A stretch of 64,000 nucleotides of DNA, taken from Octopus vulgaris. Lineage: Eukaryota. Made by a program: the position numbers and the translations under genes. The stretch's first letter is position 1. Each line of letters begins with the position of its first letter. The notes below the pieces were generated by a model. That model was not told the DNA's origin. It did not search any database and saw only the letters and a program-made list of their open reading frames with translations. The stretch lies in assembly GCA_951406725.2 (NCBI GenBank), contig OX597819.1, positions 63,426,001 through 63,490,000 on the forward strand, given 5' to 3'. This document shows, piece after piece, positions 14,161 to 26,077 of this stretch.

Positions 14161-14794
14161 TAATACTATTTCTACTGTGATCTGAAGATGCATAAAACAC
14201 GAAGCTGGTTCAAAAGTTTTGAAATCTAAGAATGCTGAAAATCTTCCATGTGATTAGCCTAGGGATTTACTGTTCTAGCGGAATCAATGAGTGATCTATG
14301 TAAGATCATTATTTGATGATAAAATGGCCGAAGAGTTTCATTGAGACTTAATTATAGATTTGCATATTGTACTGTCCCGGAATTATATTCTATTCGCATT
14401 TAGTCTTATATGTTTCAGATTTTCATATCTTCAGTTATATGCAAAAACTTTTAACTTAAATATGAAATTGCATCCTTTTACAATTTTGAGCCCGATAGTA
14501 TGAATGATAGAAATTTGACATATTTCTATAATACAATAAAAGGAAGTACATGTGAAAGGACCCTATAATTTACCATCATTAAACTATATTAAGCCTGTGC
14601 AACGGAAAACACGCATATATAACATTTGTGATTTTTATAATGTCAACTAGATTTAGGTAACCACAGTTGAATAGATAATAGAAATACAGGCAACCCTCTA
14701 GTATACATTGAATATATTATATATATAGTAAAATTTTAGTATCTCCAGTATGTATATATATGTGTGTGTTTATGTGTGTGTGTGTGTGTATAGC

Positions 14795-15016
14795 ACGAAT
14801 TTACAAAAAAATAAAAACAAAAGACGAAGACGGGTGTGTAAACTACAAACAGATATATCGCTAGCCACTACACATTCTTTATTTTCCTTTCCTGTTTCTT
14901 TCTGTGGAAGGGCGTAGACTCGAAACGTTAAAGACTTTTTTCACTTCCCGAGCGTTAAACTAATACATATGTTTGGTATCTGCACCACATGTCTTCGTCC
15001 TTTCATTTTTTATGTG

Positions 15017-15020
<4 letters not shown>
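14795..15020 (+). mobile_element. Penelope pseudo-LTR fragment with an inverted tail copy
   Basis: 14795-14855 is an imperfect inverted copy of 14965-15020; homologous to 2650-2840 on the opposite strand. Confidence 0.6.
14897..14934 (+). ncRNA. Minimal type I hammerhead-like motif (A6U core)
   Basis: TCTTT-CTGTGGA-A-GGGC gtag ACTC-GAAA-CG-TT-AAAGA; 5-bp stem I, imperfect stem II. Confidence 0.5.
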
Positions 15021-15058
<38 letters not shown>

Positions 15059-15657
15059 ATATACACAAATATTTATAATGGTATATAAATTCATTAGTTA
15101 CTATAGTTTATTAGTTTCTTTTGCATAATCTTAGTTTATGCATGTGTATGGAAATATAGTATTGGTATATACTTTTTATGTTCATTAGAAATTAAATAAA
15201 TAAAAAATTTTGAAATGTACGAATATTTATTTCCACCCACTGTATATATTTATAAATTCCAAAGCCTTGATCCATTAGTTTTGAGGAAATTTACTCCTTG
15301 TATAAAATTACATATGCAAAGTACGGGTGGGTATATGAAAATCACAGATATACACACATCACGATATAATGTTGAAAATGCTCGATAGAGGAAGGCAATC
15401 ATATCTAGAAAAATAACATCATACTTTTGTATAATTGAATTACAATCAACAAGTGGTTCTATTGATGTTTACCAAAGTCTAGGGTTTTTTTTAATCCTTA
15501 CTACAGAAATTATACTTAGAATAAAAATACTATTTAAAATAAAAGTACTTCAAAACATGAAAATATACCGAACAATATTCTACATCTGCTTTAAAAAATA
15601 GATTGCCTGATAATCTGAATTGTCATTTCCACTGTACTGTGTGTCTCATACATAAAT

Positions 15658-16049
15658 GTTCCGTGGCACTCCGTCGGTTATGCCGACGAGGGTTCCAGTT
15701 GACTCGATCAACGGAAAAACCTGTTTGTTAAATTAACGTGCAAGTAGCTGAGCACTCCACAGACACGTGTACTCTTAACGTAGTTCTCATGGAGATTTAG
15801 CGTGGCACAGAGTGTGACAAGGTTGATCCTTTGAAATAAATATAGGTATAACAGAAAGAGGAAGAAAGAGTGAGAGAAAGTTGTGGTGAATGAATACAGC
15901 AGTGTCCGCTCCCCGCCCACTGCCGGAGCTTCTTGGGGCTTTAGATGTTTTCGTTCAATAAACACTCACAACGTCCGGTCTGGGAATCAAAACCGTGATC
16001 CTATGACCGCCAGTCCGCTGCCCTAAACACTGGGCCATTGCACCTCCAC
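15658..16049 (-). mobile_element. tRNA-derived SINE, family A-type head with a different 3' tail
   Basis: Minus head GTGGAGGTGCAATGGCCCAGTGTTTAGGGCAGCGGAC and body shared with 26078; the 3' half is unrelated to the family A tail. Confidence 0.8.
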
Positions 16050-16401
16050 GATAACAAACGTTTAGAGTTCAATTGAAGGAGGTCGATAAAGAAAAGATGA
16101 TATCGATGATGAAGAGACGATAAAGAGAAGAGAGCTCAAAAAAAGGATGTTGAAAAAGAAAATACATATTACAATATTATTCAAATTATAAATTAGTAGT
16201 GATGCTGTTAGAAGAAGCAGAGTTACAGTTTAGTTGATGGTAAAAACATGGAAATTCGATAAAATTAAGATTTTTAAAGATGTCGTCCTAAGCGTGATGT
16301 CCTATTTTAGGTAGTAAGTCAATGGTGTGATGCTATTTTAAGCATGTGACTTTATTCGTGTTAAGTGAAATCTATCCACTTAGTCGTAAATAAAGGTAAA
16401 T

Positions 16402-16835
16402 GGATCTTTTCGGTTTGAACGGCAGTTTTTTCCTAGCGGTGTCATATGAAATTGTTACCAACAATTATGACCCTAGTATCGATCTATTGCATTTGAATCT
16501 ATTTTAGGGTTAGCGTTGGTTAGGGTTAGGGTTAGGGTGGGGGGAAGGGTATATTTTTTTCTTCAGAAATGTAAATAAACCCAATCTGTTTCTTAAACGA
16601 GGGACATATTCATACGACACAGAATGTTTATAACCTCATACACGTCACTGATTGGTTGAAATTGCAGAAACTGAAGAAAAACAACAACAAATATCTTACA
16701 AACTATAGAATTTTCTCAATAGAACCAAGAGAAAAAGATGTTTTATAAACACATTCTACCAGTATACGAAGTTTAAAAGTGTTTAGTTACGTGGAAATTA
16801 TTTTAAAAAACTGCCGTTCAAAGCAAAAAAGATCC
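16402..16835. mobile_element. MITE with ~29-bp TIRs, perfect 8-bp TSD and internal TTAGGG repeats
   Basis: GGATCTTTTCGGTTTGAACGGCAGTTTTT ... AAAAACTGCCGTTCAAAGCAAAAAAGATCC; TSD AGGTAAAT at 16394-16401 and 16836-16843. Confidence 0.9.
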
Positions 16836-17315
16836 AGGTAAATAACTCCAAACAAAAAAATACATTGAAAATGATAGAATACACAAACTTACTGGAGTGT
16901 CACGAATGGAAAGCCTTTAATAGCATAGGTTGCATACCCAAGCATAGAAGGAGTTAGACCACAACAGCCGCTTCATTGGTAGAAAGAAATATCAAATTAT
17001 AAAACTTTGTTTTATTGTTACAAAGAAATTTCTTAAGTAAGAAATCTGCGCACATATGTTTTCTGTCTGCACCATGATTCATTGAGACAAGACAAAATCA
17101 TGAATTGTTGCTAAATATTGTTGTTATATTTCGTATTTCAGATTTCTTTAGTTCTGTTTGTCTGTTTTAATGAAGGTTATGTTAATATATTATAGACAGA
17201 AAAAATATACTCGCAAACTTCAGAAACACACATTTTGGTATGTATAATCACACACACAAACACACGCATACCAACATTAACACCAACACACATATATGTA
17301 TATACCTGTGTGTAT

Positions 17316-17374
<59 letters not shown>

Positions 17375-17378
<4 letters not shown>

Positions 17379-17496
17379 AGACAGAAAGCGTGCAGGTGTC
17401 TTTCCATTTATCTTATGCATATGTATATATATATATATATATATATACATATGCATAAGATAAATGAAAAGACACCTGCACGCTTTCTGTCTTATA
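17375..17496. repeat. Near-perfect palindrome centred on (TA)n
   Basis: Arms tataagacagaaagcgtgcaggtgtctttccatttatcttatgcatatg and its reverse complement, one mismatch seen. Confidence 0.9.
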
Positions 17497-17791
17497 CACA
17501 AGTCTGTAAAAATATACTTCCATCAAGATGTCTGAGTTTGTGTCTACGTATATATACGCATACACATACACAGACACAGACACATAGACACAAACACACA
17601 CACACATCAATGGATTTTCAGACATGAATATTTTAGTAACACATTACCGTATACACACACGCATAATCACTGTCTACCTACTCGAGTGTTCGGTTGCAAG
17701 GCGCTTTTATGTGTGTCTGTGTCTCGCGATGAATATATACAGATACATACACGAATACACACACACACACACACACACAAAAACACACACA

Positions 17792-17861
<70 letters not shown>

Positions 17862-18770
17862 CAACATTATAAATTGTACATGTACATACACCCTTATTTA
17901 GATATTAGAAATATATGCCAGATTTTGAGCTAATTAAGGTTTCGATACCTCATAAGTTACAAATATACATTTATATATTGTTAGAACAGTATAGATTGCT
18001 TCGTTGTCACCAAAATTATAAACTTACAGACCATTCTATTAATTTAAATGCATATGTTTCTATTAAGTTCTGTAATTCTACAATCATAATTACTTTAACA
18101 CAAACTGTAATATTATTCTACATATTCTACACTCACACACACACACACACAAACACACACGCAAACACACACACAGAGACTCACACAAAAGTATGTGTCT
18201 GTGTATGTGTCTGTGTATGTGTATGTGAGAAGACTCTCCATTTATCGTTGCCTGTCTTCGTTTAACTGCACGTGTTTTGTGACACTCGCTGCAAAATTAC
18301 TCCTTTGTTACCTCACATCATTCGCCTTTTCTCCTCTCTATCCTTTATCATTTGCTCTCTGTCTTACGTGTCGGCCCCCTTGCGACCTTACGGTCTATTA
18401 TGCACACTTTTTATTTACAATTTTTATCAAATGTCTCTGCTGATTTGAAGTGTTCTTACTATATATCTCTAAATTCTGAGTGCATGACGTTAAAACACAC
18501 GGCACGCTCTACAAGCTTCTAAGGCAACTGTTTATCAGAGATATGAAACTAATGGTATCTCGAATTTAGATACTTTGTATATTAAGTAACATTTATCTGT
18601 CACTGGATGTAGTACTGTTTTTGATGATCCCTCGCGTTCTCGACGGAACAGTATATATATATGTGTGTATGTATGTATGTATGCATGTATGTATGTATGT
18701 ATGTATGTATGTATGTATGTATGTATGTATGTATGTGCATGTGTGTGTGCGTGTATGAATGTGTGTATGT

Positions 18771-18925
18771 AGGCCTTGACGTGGCTCTGTGATAAGAAGC
18801 TTTATTACCAGCAGCATCGTTCTGAGTTCAGTCACACTATGGACGCGGGCCAACTAAAACCTGTAATGCTTTGCTCCAGCATGACCGCACTTAAATGACT
18901 GAAACAAGTAAGAAAATAAAAGAAT
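18771..18925 (+). mobile_element. SINE family B, internally deleted copy
   Basis: Head remnant (gagttcagtcacact) joined to tail gctccagcatgaccgcac...gactgaaacaagtaa. Confidence 0.6.
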
Positions 18926-18956
18926 ATTTACATGTACATATATACATCTGTATGTG

Positions 18957-19018
<62 letters not shown>

Positions 19019-19068
19019 TATATATATATATGTATGTATATATATACATATATATACATTTTTGTTCC

Positions 19069-19119
<51 letters not shown>

Positions 19120-19128
<9 letters not shown>

Positions 19129-20050
19129 GGAACAAAAATGCAATAGAGGACAATAAAACATTCGGACAGATATACAATACAAAGGCGGACAGGAGAAACA
19201 GCAATTAGAATGACAGGCAAAAAAAAAGCAAGGAAAACGGGTCATTCGTGTAATTCTTTCTTCAGTCATGTATACCAGACGTCCTTACTGTTTCGGGCAG
19301 TTACACTTGAGACAGAACGATCTGGTTGCCCCCAAAAAGTTTAAGCTAAGAGCATTAGACTTTTTTTAAGAAAGCAAACGAATATATACAGCAACAAAGA
19401 AAAAAAATGGAGAACATCGTACACAATTATAAATACAAACAAAAATATAACAACAGGTATCTTTCGACTGAGAACGAATCAAATTGAGCTGGCATATGTG
19501 AAATGAAAGCCTAAAGGCAGGCAGATAGGAAATGGACATAAGAGATATTGGCGGTTGGTAGTCTGGCTAAGAAAGAAAGAACCTGGCTTGCTGAACACCG
19601 GTCACGATGAAGGAGGAGAGGGTGTAGTAGGCAGCGGGATTGAAGGATTAGAAAGAAAATCAGAGATAAAGCGAAAGGTACAAGGGAGATAAACGAGGGG
19701 AAAAGTGGGAGTTAAAGAAAGAGAAGGGCAAGAAATGTGGGAATGGGGAGGAGGGTGAGAAAAAGAAAGGACGGAGAATGCATGTAGGTAAAGTAAGAGT
19801 CGGACAAAATTTAGATACATGCCTACTATAAGGTGAGCACAATTGTGTACGTACGCCGCTACGTGTAATATAAATATAAAAAATAGAACAAAAACACAAT
19901 ATAAGGCAATAAAACTTTCAGACAGATTCACGAAACAAAGGTTGACAGGAGAAACAACAATTAGAAGGGCAGACAAAAAAAAGACGGGTCATTCGTCCAT
20001 CAAGTTTACCAGATGCCCTTACTGTTTCGAGCAGTTACGCTCGAGACAAG
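19120..20050. mobile_element. Probable Penelope-type element with tandem partial pseudo-LTRs
   Basis: 19125-19310 is repeated directly at 19875-20050; homologous to 800-1400. Confidence 0.5.
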
Positions 20051-20124
20051 TCAAACACGCACACACACACATGTATGTATGTATGTATGTATGTATGTAT
20101 GTATGTATGTATGTATGTATGTAT

Positions 20125-21000
20125 GTAGAAGGTTGCAAAGTAGCACACGTGTTGATATGTATAAGGAAAATAAGACAAGGTAGAAAATACTAAAATATTT
20201 TCATCATTAAGTACATTTTACTACCGGTTTCAGTCGTTTCGAACTTTTCAACTTAGAATAAAGTAAGCAAAACAATTAGATTTTGGAAAAAAATAGTAAA
20301 ATGTTTTTTAAAAATATTTCCATAATCTTGAAGTAGGTAGGACATTTTCTTTTTTCTGCCTCTCTCTCAATTTTATTTTTGTGAAGGTTTGGTAGGTAGT
20401 AGCAAACCTGAAGAAAAAGTTAATATGAGAGATATTGGTTCTGTATTTTGATTGTTTAAGCAGCAGCAACAGTAGGCAACGAAGGAGAGAGTGAAGAAGA
20501 AGAAGAAGAAAAAGAAGAAGGAGGAGAAGGAGGAGGAGAAAGAGGAGAAGAAGAAGAAGAAGAAGTAGTAGTAGAAGAAGAAGAAGAAGAAGAAGAAGAA
20601 GAAGGAGGAGGAGGAGGAGAATAATAATAAGAAGAAGGGGGATGAGAATAATAATAATAAGAAGAAGAAGGAGGAGAAGAAGAAGAAGAAGAAGAAAAGG
20701 AAGACGAAGAAGAAGAAGAAGAAGAAGAAGAAGAAAAGGAAGACGAAGAAGAAGAAGAAGAAGAAGAAGAAGAAGAAAAGAAGAAGAAGAAGAAGAAGAA
20801 GAAGAAGCGGGAGTAGGAAAAGAAGAGATAAAAGAAGAAGGAGGAAGAGAAAGAAGCAGAAAATGACGGTAGTGGTATGACAGAAGTAGACTATTCCTCA
20901 ATGGTCAAGTGACCTAAAAATGACTTGTTGTGGTTGTAGCAGTAGTGTTTGGAATTGTTGCGAATAAATTCATGGGTAGTGAGTATTCTGAATATATCGT
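20125..21000 (-). mobile_element. Penelope-type repeat family P1, copy 2 with expanded (GAA)n tract
   Basis: Homologous to 1800-2400; degenerate hammerhead-like motif at ~20218-20254; purine tract 20480-20860. Confidence 0.6.
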
Positions 21001-21149
21001 TTTTAATATTTGCGTGCTTATTATTCTAAGATAAATGTGGGGCCATCTGTGGTGGAGGCGCGCCCATAGTATCAGCATAAGTACGCACATGCGCGTACGC
21101 TCGTGCATATTTCCATATGGCGGAATTAATAACCACTACTCTAGCTTTT

Positions 21150-21450
21150 GTGGAGGCGCATGGCCTAGTGGTTAGAGCAGCGGACTCGCGGTTGAGAGAC
21201 CGCGAGTTCGAATCTCAGACCGGGTGATGTGTATTTATGAGCGAGACACCTAAGCTCCACGCGGCTCCAGCAGAAGATAATGGCGAACTTCTGCGGATTC
21301 TTTCGCCACAACTTTCTCTCACTCTTTCCTCCTGCATCTTGCAGCTCACCTGCGACGGACCGCTGTCCCGTCCAGATGGGGACCTATACGCCAAGTAAAC
21401 CGGGAAACCGGCCCTTATCAGCCAGGTGTGGCTCGAGAAGGAACAGACAA
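21150..21450 (+). mobile_element. tRNA-derived SINE family A, full length with 10-bp TSD
   Basis: A box TGGCCTAGTGG, B box GAGTTCGAATCT; TSD TCTAGCTTTT at 21140-21149 and 21452-21461. Confidence 0.92.
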
Positions 21451-22518
21451 TTCTAGCTTTTACTCTCAAGCACAGTACTTAAGCAAAAGACAAATATATA
21501 TAGTTAGAACTGCCAAACTATATTACGTTGACTGTGAGAACGAACAGAGTAATAAAGAAAATCAGAAAACAGATATAGGCAGACAAATATTCATCTCTAG
21601 CTGGTAGATTCGGTGTCTCCATCTTTTCAACACCAAAATTCAAACCCATTACATCTTGGTGTATCTTAGCCATTTGTGTTAGTGTATATAATGCATTTAA
21701 CACTTATTTAGAATATACAAACTAATGCTTCTTCTCCAATAGTGCTACTTATAACCACAGACATATTAGACTAATCAATTTAAAATTTTGTAAAATATGA
21801 ACATGTTTAAGAGAGATCATATTAAAACATTCAGCTATGAATTATGCAGAGCACTAAAAAAACCTGATCACCACAGACATACATTCACAATTTAAAACAC
21901 TATATTAAGTATACATTACATTCATTTGTTACGAAAAATATCTTGAAATGGACAGAAATCCGAAAAGAATGGAAAATATTTACTTTAATTGCTAATCAAC
22001 AATTCTGTGATAAACTGCCTACGTTTTATAATCTAAGGAAAAGTGGCAAAGCAGGAAAATAAAAGAGAAATGAAGAATAAGAGAGAAATAGAGGACGCAA
22101 TACAAATTAGATAAATATCGAAAGGTTGAATACAATATTTTGTTCTTTGCTTCATATTCATAAATGAAGAAATTAATTAGAGTATAGAATTGACGAAAAG
22201 TGATACAATAAGAAGGTATCAAGAAATATCCGTGTGTCAGGTGTGTACATAGTATGCTTCTTTGAATCTACGTACATATATATAATGCATATATATATAT
22301 ATATATATATAAATTTAGAGTGAATACTTGATAAGTGTAAGCACCTTCGGATTTTTTATAATGTGATGTAAATCTTTGGTATAACAATTGCATGCGGCTG
22401 AAGAGAGCTTTAAACCATCCTTTATGTCGATTATACACTGATGTAAGAATAGGTCGTTTATAAAGCTTGAAACACGTGTACCGCGACATCCTTTGTGTTC
22501 TGTTTTTGATTTCATTTG

Positions 22519-22589
<71 letters not shown>

Positions 22590-22686
22590 TAATCCAAACA
22601 AGTAAACACAAAAAAAACACAACAACACGAGGACGTGGAACAAATATAGTATTATTGGACGCTCAGGAAAGAAGGGAAGAAGGAGG

Positions 22687-22721
22687 GTTTAACGTTTCGA
22701 GCGGAGCTCTTCGTCGGAAAC
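22687..22721 (-). ncRNA. Minimal type I hammerhead motif (U4C core) in a PLE-like tail (22585-22790)
   Basis: Minus strand GTTT-CCGACGA-A-GAGC tcc GCTC-GAAA-CG-TT-AAAC; all stems perfect, palindromic AACGTT stem III. Confidence 0.65.
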
Positions 22722-22937
22722 ATAGGAGAAGGAAAGATCCAGAGAAGGGAAGACAGAGGAAAACAAATCGCCAACGGTACACACAAGGTCATATATATAT
22801 ATATATATATATAAACATTTGACTCTACAACACTGTGTATAAATTCTCTACTTGGAATGACCAAGTTTAAAAACCGCTATATATATATAATGATGAAAAG
22901 GAACACGCGAGTTGATATATATGGAAGAAAAGTCAAC

Positions 22938-23042
22938 TGTGTGGCATCTTGGGCAAGTGTCTTCTGCTATAGCCCTGGGCCGACCAATGCCTTGTGAGTG
23001 GATTTGGTAGACGGAAACTGAAAGAAGCCTGTCGTATATATG

Positions 23043-23073
<31 letters not shown>

Positions 23074-23280
23074 TTGTGTTTGTCCCCCTAGCATTGCTTG
23101 ACAACCGATGCTGGTGTTTACGTCCCCGTCACTTAGCGGTTCGGTAAAAGAGACCGATAGAATAAGTACTGGGCTTACAAAGAATAAGCCTCGGGCTCGA
23201 TTTGCTCGACTAAAGGCGGTGCTCCAGCATGGCCGCAGTCAAATGACTGAAACAAGTAAAAGAGTAAAGAGTAAAAGAGT
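22938..23280 (+). mobile_element. SINE family B, 5'-truncated, nested in P1
   Basis: gtggcatcttgggcaagtgtc ... gactgaaacaagtaaaagagtaaagagtaaaagag; homologous to 9263-9710. Confidence 0.85.
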
Positions 23281-23316
23281 ATAGAAAATGCTAAAAGAAT
23301 TTTATAAAAACCATTT

Positions 23317-23352
23317 CAGTACCGGTTTCAGTCATTGAGACTTTTTCAACTG
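23317..23352 (-). ncRNA. Minimal type I hammerhead motif with U3:A8 covariation
   Basis: Minus strand CAG-TTGAAAA-AGTC tcaat GACT-GAAA-CCGG-TA-CTG; stems intact, GUA cleavage triplet, palindromic ACCGGT stem III. Confidence 0.65.
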
Positions 23353-25005
23353 TAACAATTAAACAATTAAATTTAGAGAAATTAAAAGCAAAGTTTTTTA
23401 AAGAATGTTTGTATAGTGTTCAAATACAAGTGGCATTTTCCTTGCTTCTGCCTGTTTCTGTCTCTCTTGTTTACTCTTGTGAGTTCGAGGTCGTTGTGAA
23501 TTCTTGGTAGGGAAGAAGAAAAAGAAAAAGAGGAGGAGGAGGAGGAGGAGGAGGAGGAGAAGAAGGAGAATGAGAAGAATAAGAAGAATGTGGGAGTGCC
23601 AGGACAGTAGTATTTTGAATGGTCAGCAAATGACCCACAGTGGATGGTAGCAGTCGCTGTTCAATTCATGAAAATATTTCTTTGAATGTTTTGTTTATAG
23701 AATTTGCGTAGGTGTTATTCTAAACAGCATTAGTGATAAAGTTAGGAAGGAGAAGGAAGATGAAGAAGAAGAAGAAGAAGAATAAAAAGAAGAAGAATGA
23801 GAAGAAGAAAGAGAAGGGAAAATAAGAAGGAATGTAGGTAGTGTGAAAGTTGTAAGTTGTTAGATGAATTAAAATTGGCTCGTGCCTAGTAGATAAGAAC
23901 ATTGTTTCACAGTCATGAGCTAGCGGATTTGATTCTTCACGACTGATATGTTGGTAAAATATCATTTCTAAAAGTCACAAATCAACGTTAGATATATGAG
24001 TTATACTGAAGTGTTGGAAACTGTTTGTGATGCCGCTCAGAAAAACCGTAGCCTCTCCAGGGGACCTAGCTTGTTATACACTGTCAGGCCGACTCTCCCT
24101 AGGAAATACGTATATGTGTTTTTGTGTCTGTGGAATACCAAGGTACATTTAAAAGCTTGTTTCTGGGATGGACCATTCTGTTGATCACACAGATAAAATA
24201 CCCACCGACGAAACCAAAGGTGAGCTACTTTCGCCATCTTTTACGCACCTATTAAATTGTGAAAATATCGAAATTGCATGTCATTGTGACCCTCCATTCT
24301 AATAAACATTATCTTCATACTCTTTATCATCCTCTCCTTCCTGCTTCTCTTCCTCCTTATTGTATCTCATCCATCATTTGGAGCTAAACAAAATTTCTCT
24401 GCCTCGTCATCTGTATATTTACTACTAACACCACAACTGGAAACAAACACCACCAACATTATCATCATCATCGCCTTCCACAACTTTGTCGTCAGTTCCA
24501 AGATTATGATGAAGATGGTGATCATCAGCGTCATTGTTATCATCATCACCATCATTATTATCATCATCAACGTCATCATCATCCTCCGGATAAACTTTAC
24601 ACTACGGTAGCGTATTCATGACCTGCATACTCTGTAGTAGACAATTTTGTCTTCCTCAGAAGATCTTATTGCAAAATATGCAGCTTTTCTTTGGTGAATT
24701 TTTAATCGCTCTATGATATTGCAAGCATGTAAACAATCTCTTTGTAATCTTGCAATTTTAGATTCCGATAACATGGCCTCAAGCAAAATTTCCCCTGATC
24801 AGGATGCATTGATTTGCACAGAAGTGATGTAGAAGCATTCTAATTGAGATACATTAGAATATACCTAAAAATGTATATCAAAATAAGTAAATAATTCTGG
24901 TGATATATATGTAAGCACACACAAACGCAAACACAGATGTACACACACACATACACATACATATATAATACATACATACGTGCGTAAATGCATACATACA
25001 CCCAC

Positions 25006-25070
<65 letters not shown>

Positions 25071-25138
25071 TACTTGGAGAACAGAAAAGAAACGAAACGA
25101 AACGAACGACGCGAGGGCGCTCAGTCATGCAATAAGTA

Positions 25139-25322
25139 AATAAATAAAATATATGCATACATACATACATATATGTACGTACCTACATCTACATGTATAT
25201 ATACATGCATATATAATGTGTCCTGCACTCACATATATATATATATTTATATATGCATGTATATATACATGTAGATGTAGGTACGTACATATATGTATGT
25301 ATGTATGCATATATTTTATTTA

Positions 25323-25324
<2 letters not shown>
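25139..25324. repeat. Inverted duplication, ~78-bp arms
   Basis: ...gtacgtacctacatctacatg... versus ...catgtagatgtaggtacgtac..., ~30-bp spacer. Confidence 0.85.
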
Positions 25325-25376
<52 letters not shown>

Positions 25377-25472
25377 GTGTGTGTGTGTGTATGTATATAA
25401 ATATATTCATAGTAAAGTTAAGACAACAAAAGAATGAATGTGACTTCGATATTATGTAAATAGAGGAATTTA

Positions 25473-25670
25473 TCTGTAATATAATATGTGACAATTATTC
25501 GGTTGCCATAATAAGACTCCGAGTTTCGGATGTCGGGGCGGAAACCTGCTACGGCATCTCTTCAGTTATCGAGGCAATCAAAATATCTTGATTGCCTCGA
25601 TAACTGAAGAGATGCCGGAGCAGATTTCCGCCCCGACAACCGAATAATTGTCACATATTATATTACAGAC
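25473..25670. mobile_element. Head-to-head inverted PLE pseudo-LTR pair
   Basis: Arms meet at gaggcaatcaa-aatatc-ttgattgcctc; the right arm carries an internal deletion. Confidence 0.7.
25511..25569 (-). ncRNA. Type I hammerhead motif with canonical core and long stem II
   Basis: Minus strand ATAA-CTGAAGA-GATGCCG...CGACATC-C-GAAA-CTC G GAG-TC-TTAT; GUC triplet; an extra C precedes GAAA. Confidence 0.65.
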
Positions 25671-25676
25671 ATATAC

Positions 25677-25747
<71 letters not shown>

Positions 25748-25769
25748 AATATTTGTGTGAATATTAAAC

Positions 25770-26045
25770 AAAATGAGATAACAAAGCCAAGGCTGTGGGG
25801 AGTTTTAAGGACATTTATAAGGAAAGAGATATAGAATAGTCTTACAGTTGTTTATATGCATCAATCAGAGATGATGTGAGATGGTTAAATAGAGGTAACT
25901 ATTTGAGTTCGAAATAAGGAATTACTATGGAAAAGGTGTATGTATATGAAATCCCAGAATGATTAAAGGATATCCATAATATCCCAGAAACAGCTGAAAT
26001 ATCCTGAAAACTCTTCACAGCCTTGGCATTGTTACCTTTTATGTG
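25770..26045. mobile_element. Inverted PLE-like tail pair with decayed hammerhead remnant
   Basis: aacaaagccaaggctgtggggagtttt (25780) is inverted against aaaactcttcacagccttggcattgtt (26008-26034); remnant GGATAtccataaTATCC-ca-GAAA-CAGCTG near 25968-25996. Confidence 0.5.
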
Positions 26046-26077
26046 TAATATGTATAAGCATAGTAATACAAAACCCA

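Larger units (their letters stand above)
22890..23720 (-). mobile_element. Penelope-type repeat family P1, copy 3, interrupted by a SINE
   Basis: Homology to 1800-2400 stops at ~22937 and resumes at ~23280 around the SINE B insertion. Confidence 0.6.

Noticed and set aside
16503-16543. TTAGGG repeats as a telomere or chromosome-fusion relic
   Set aside because: They lie inside a TIR/TSD-bounded MITE.
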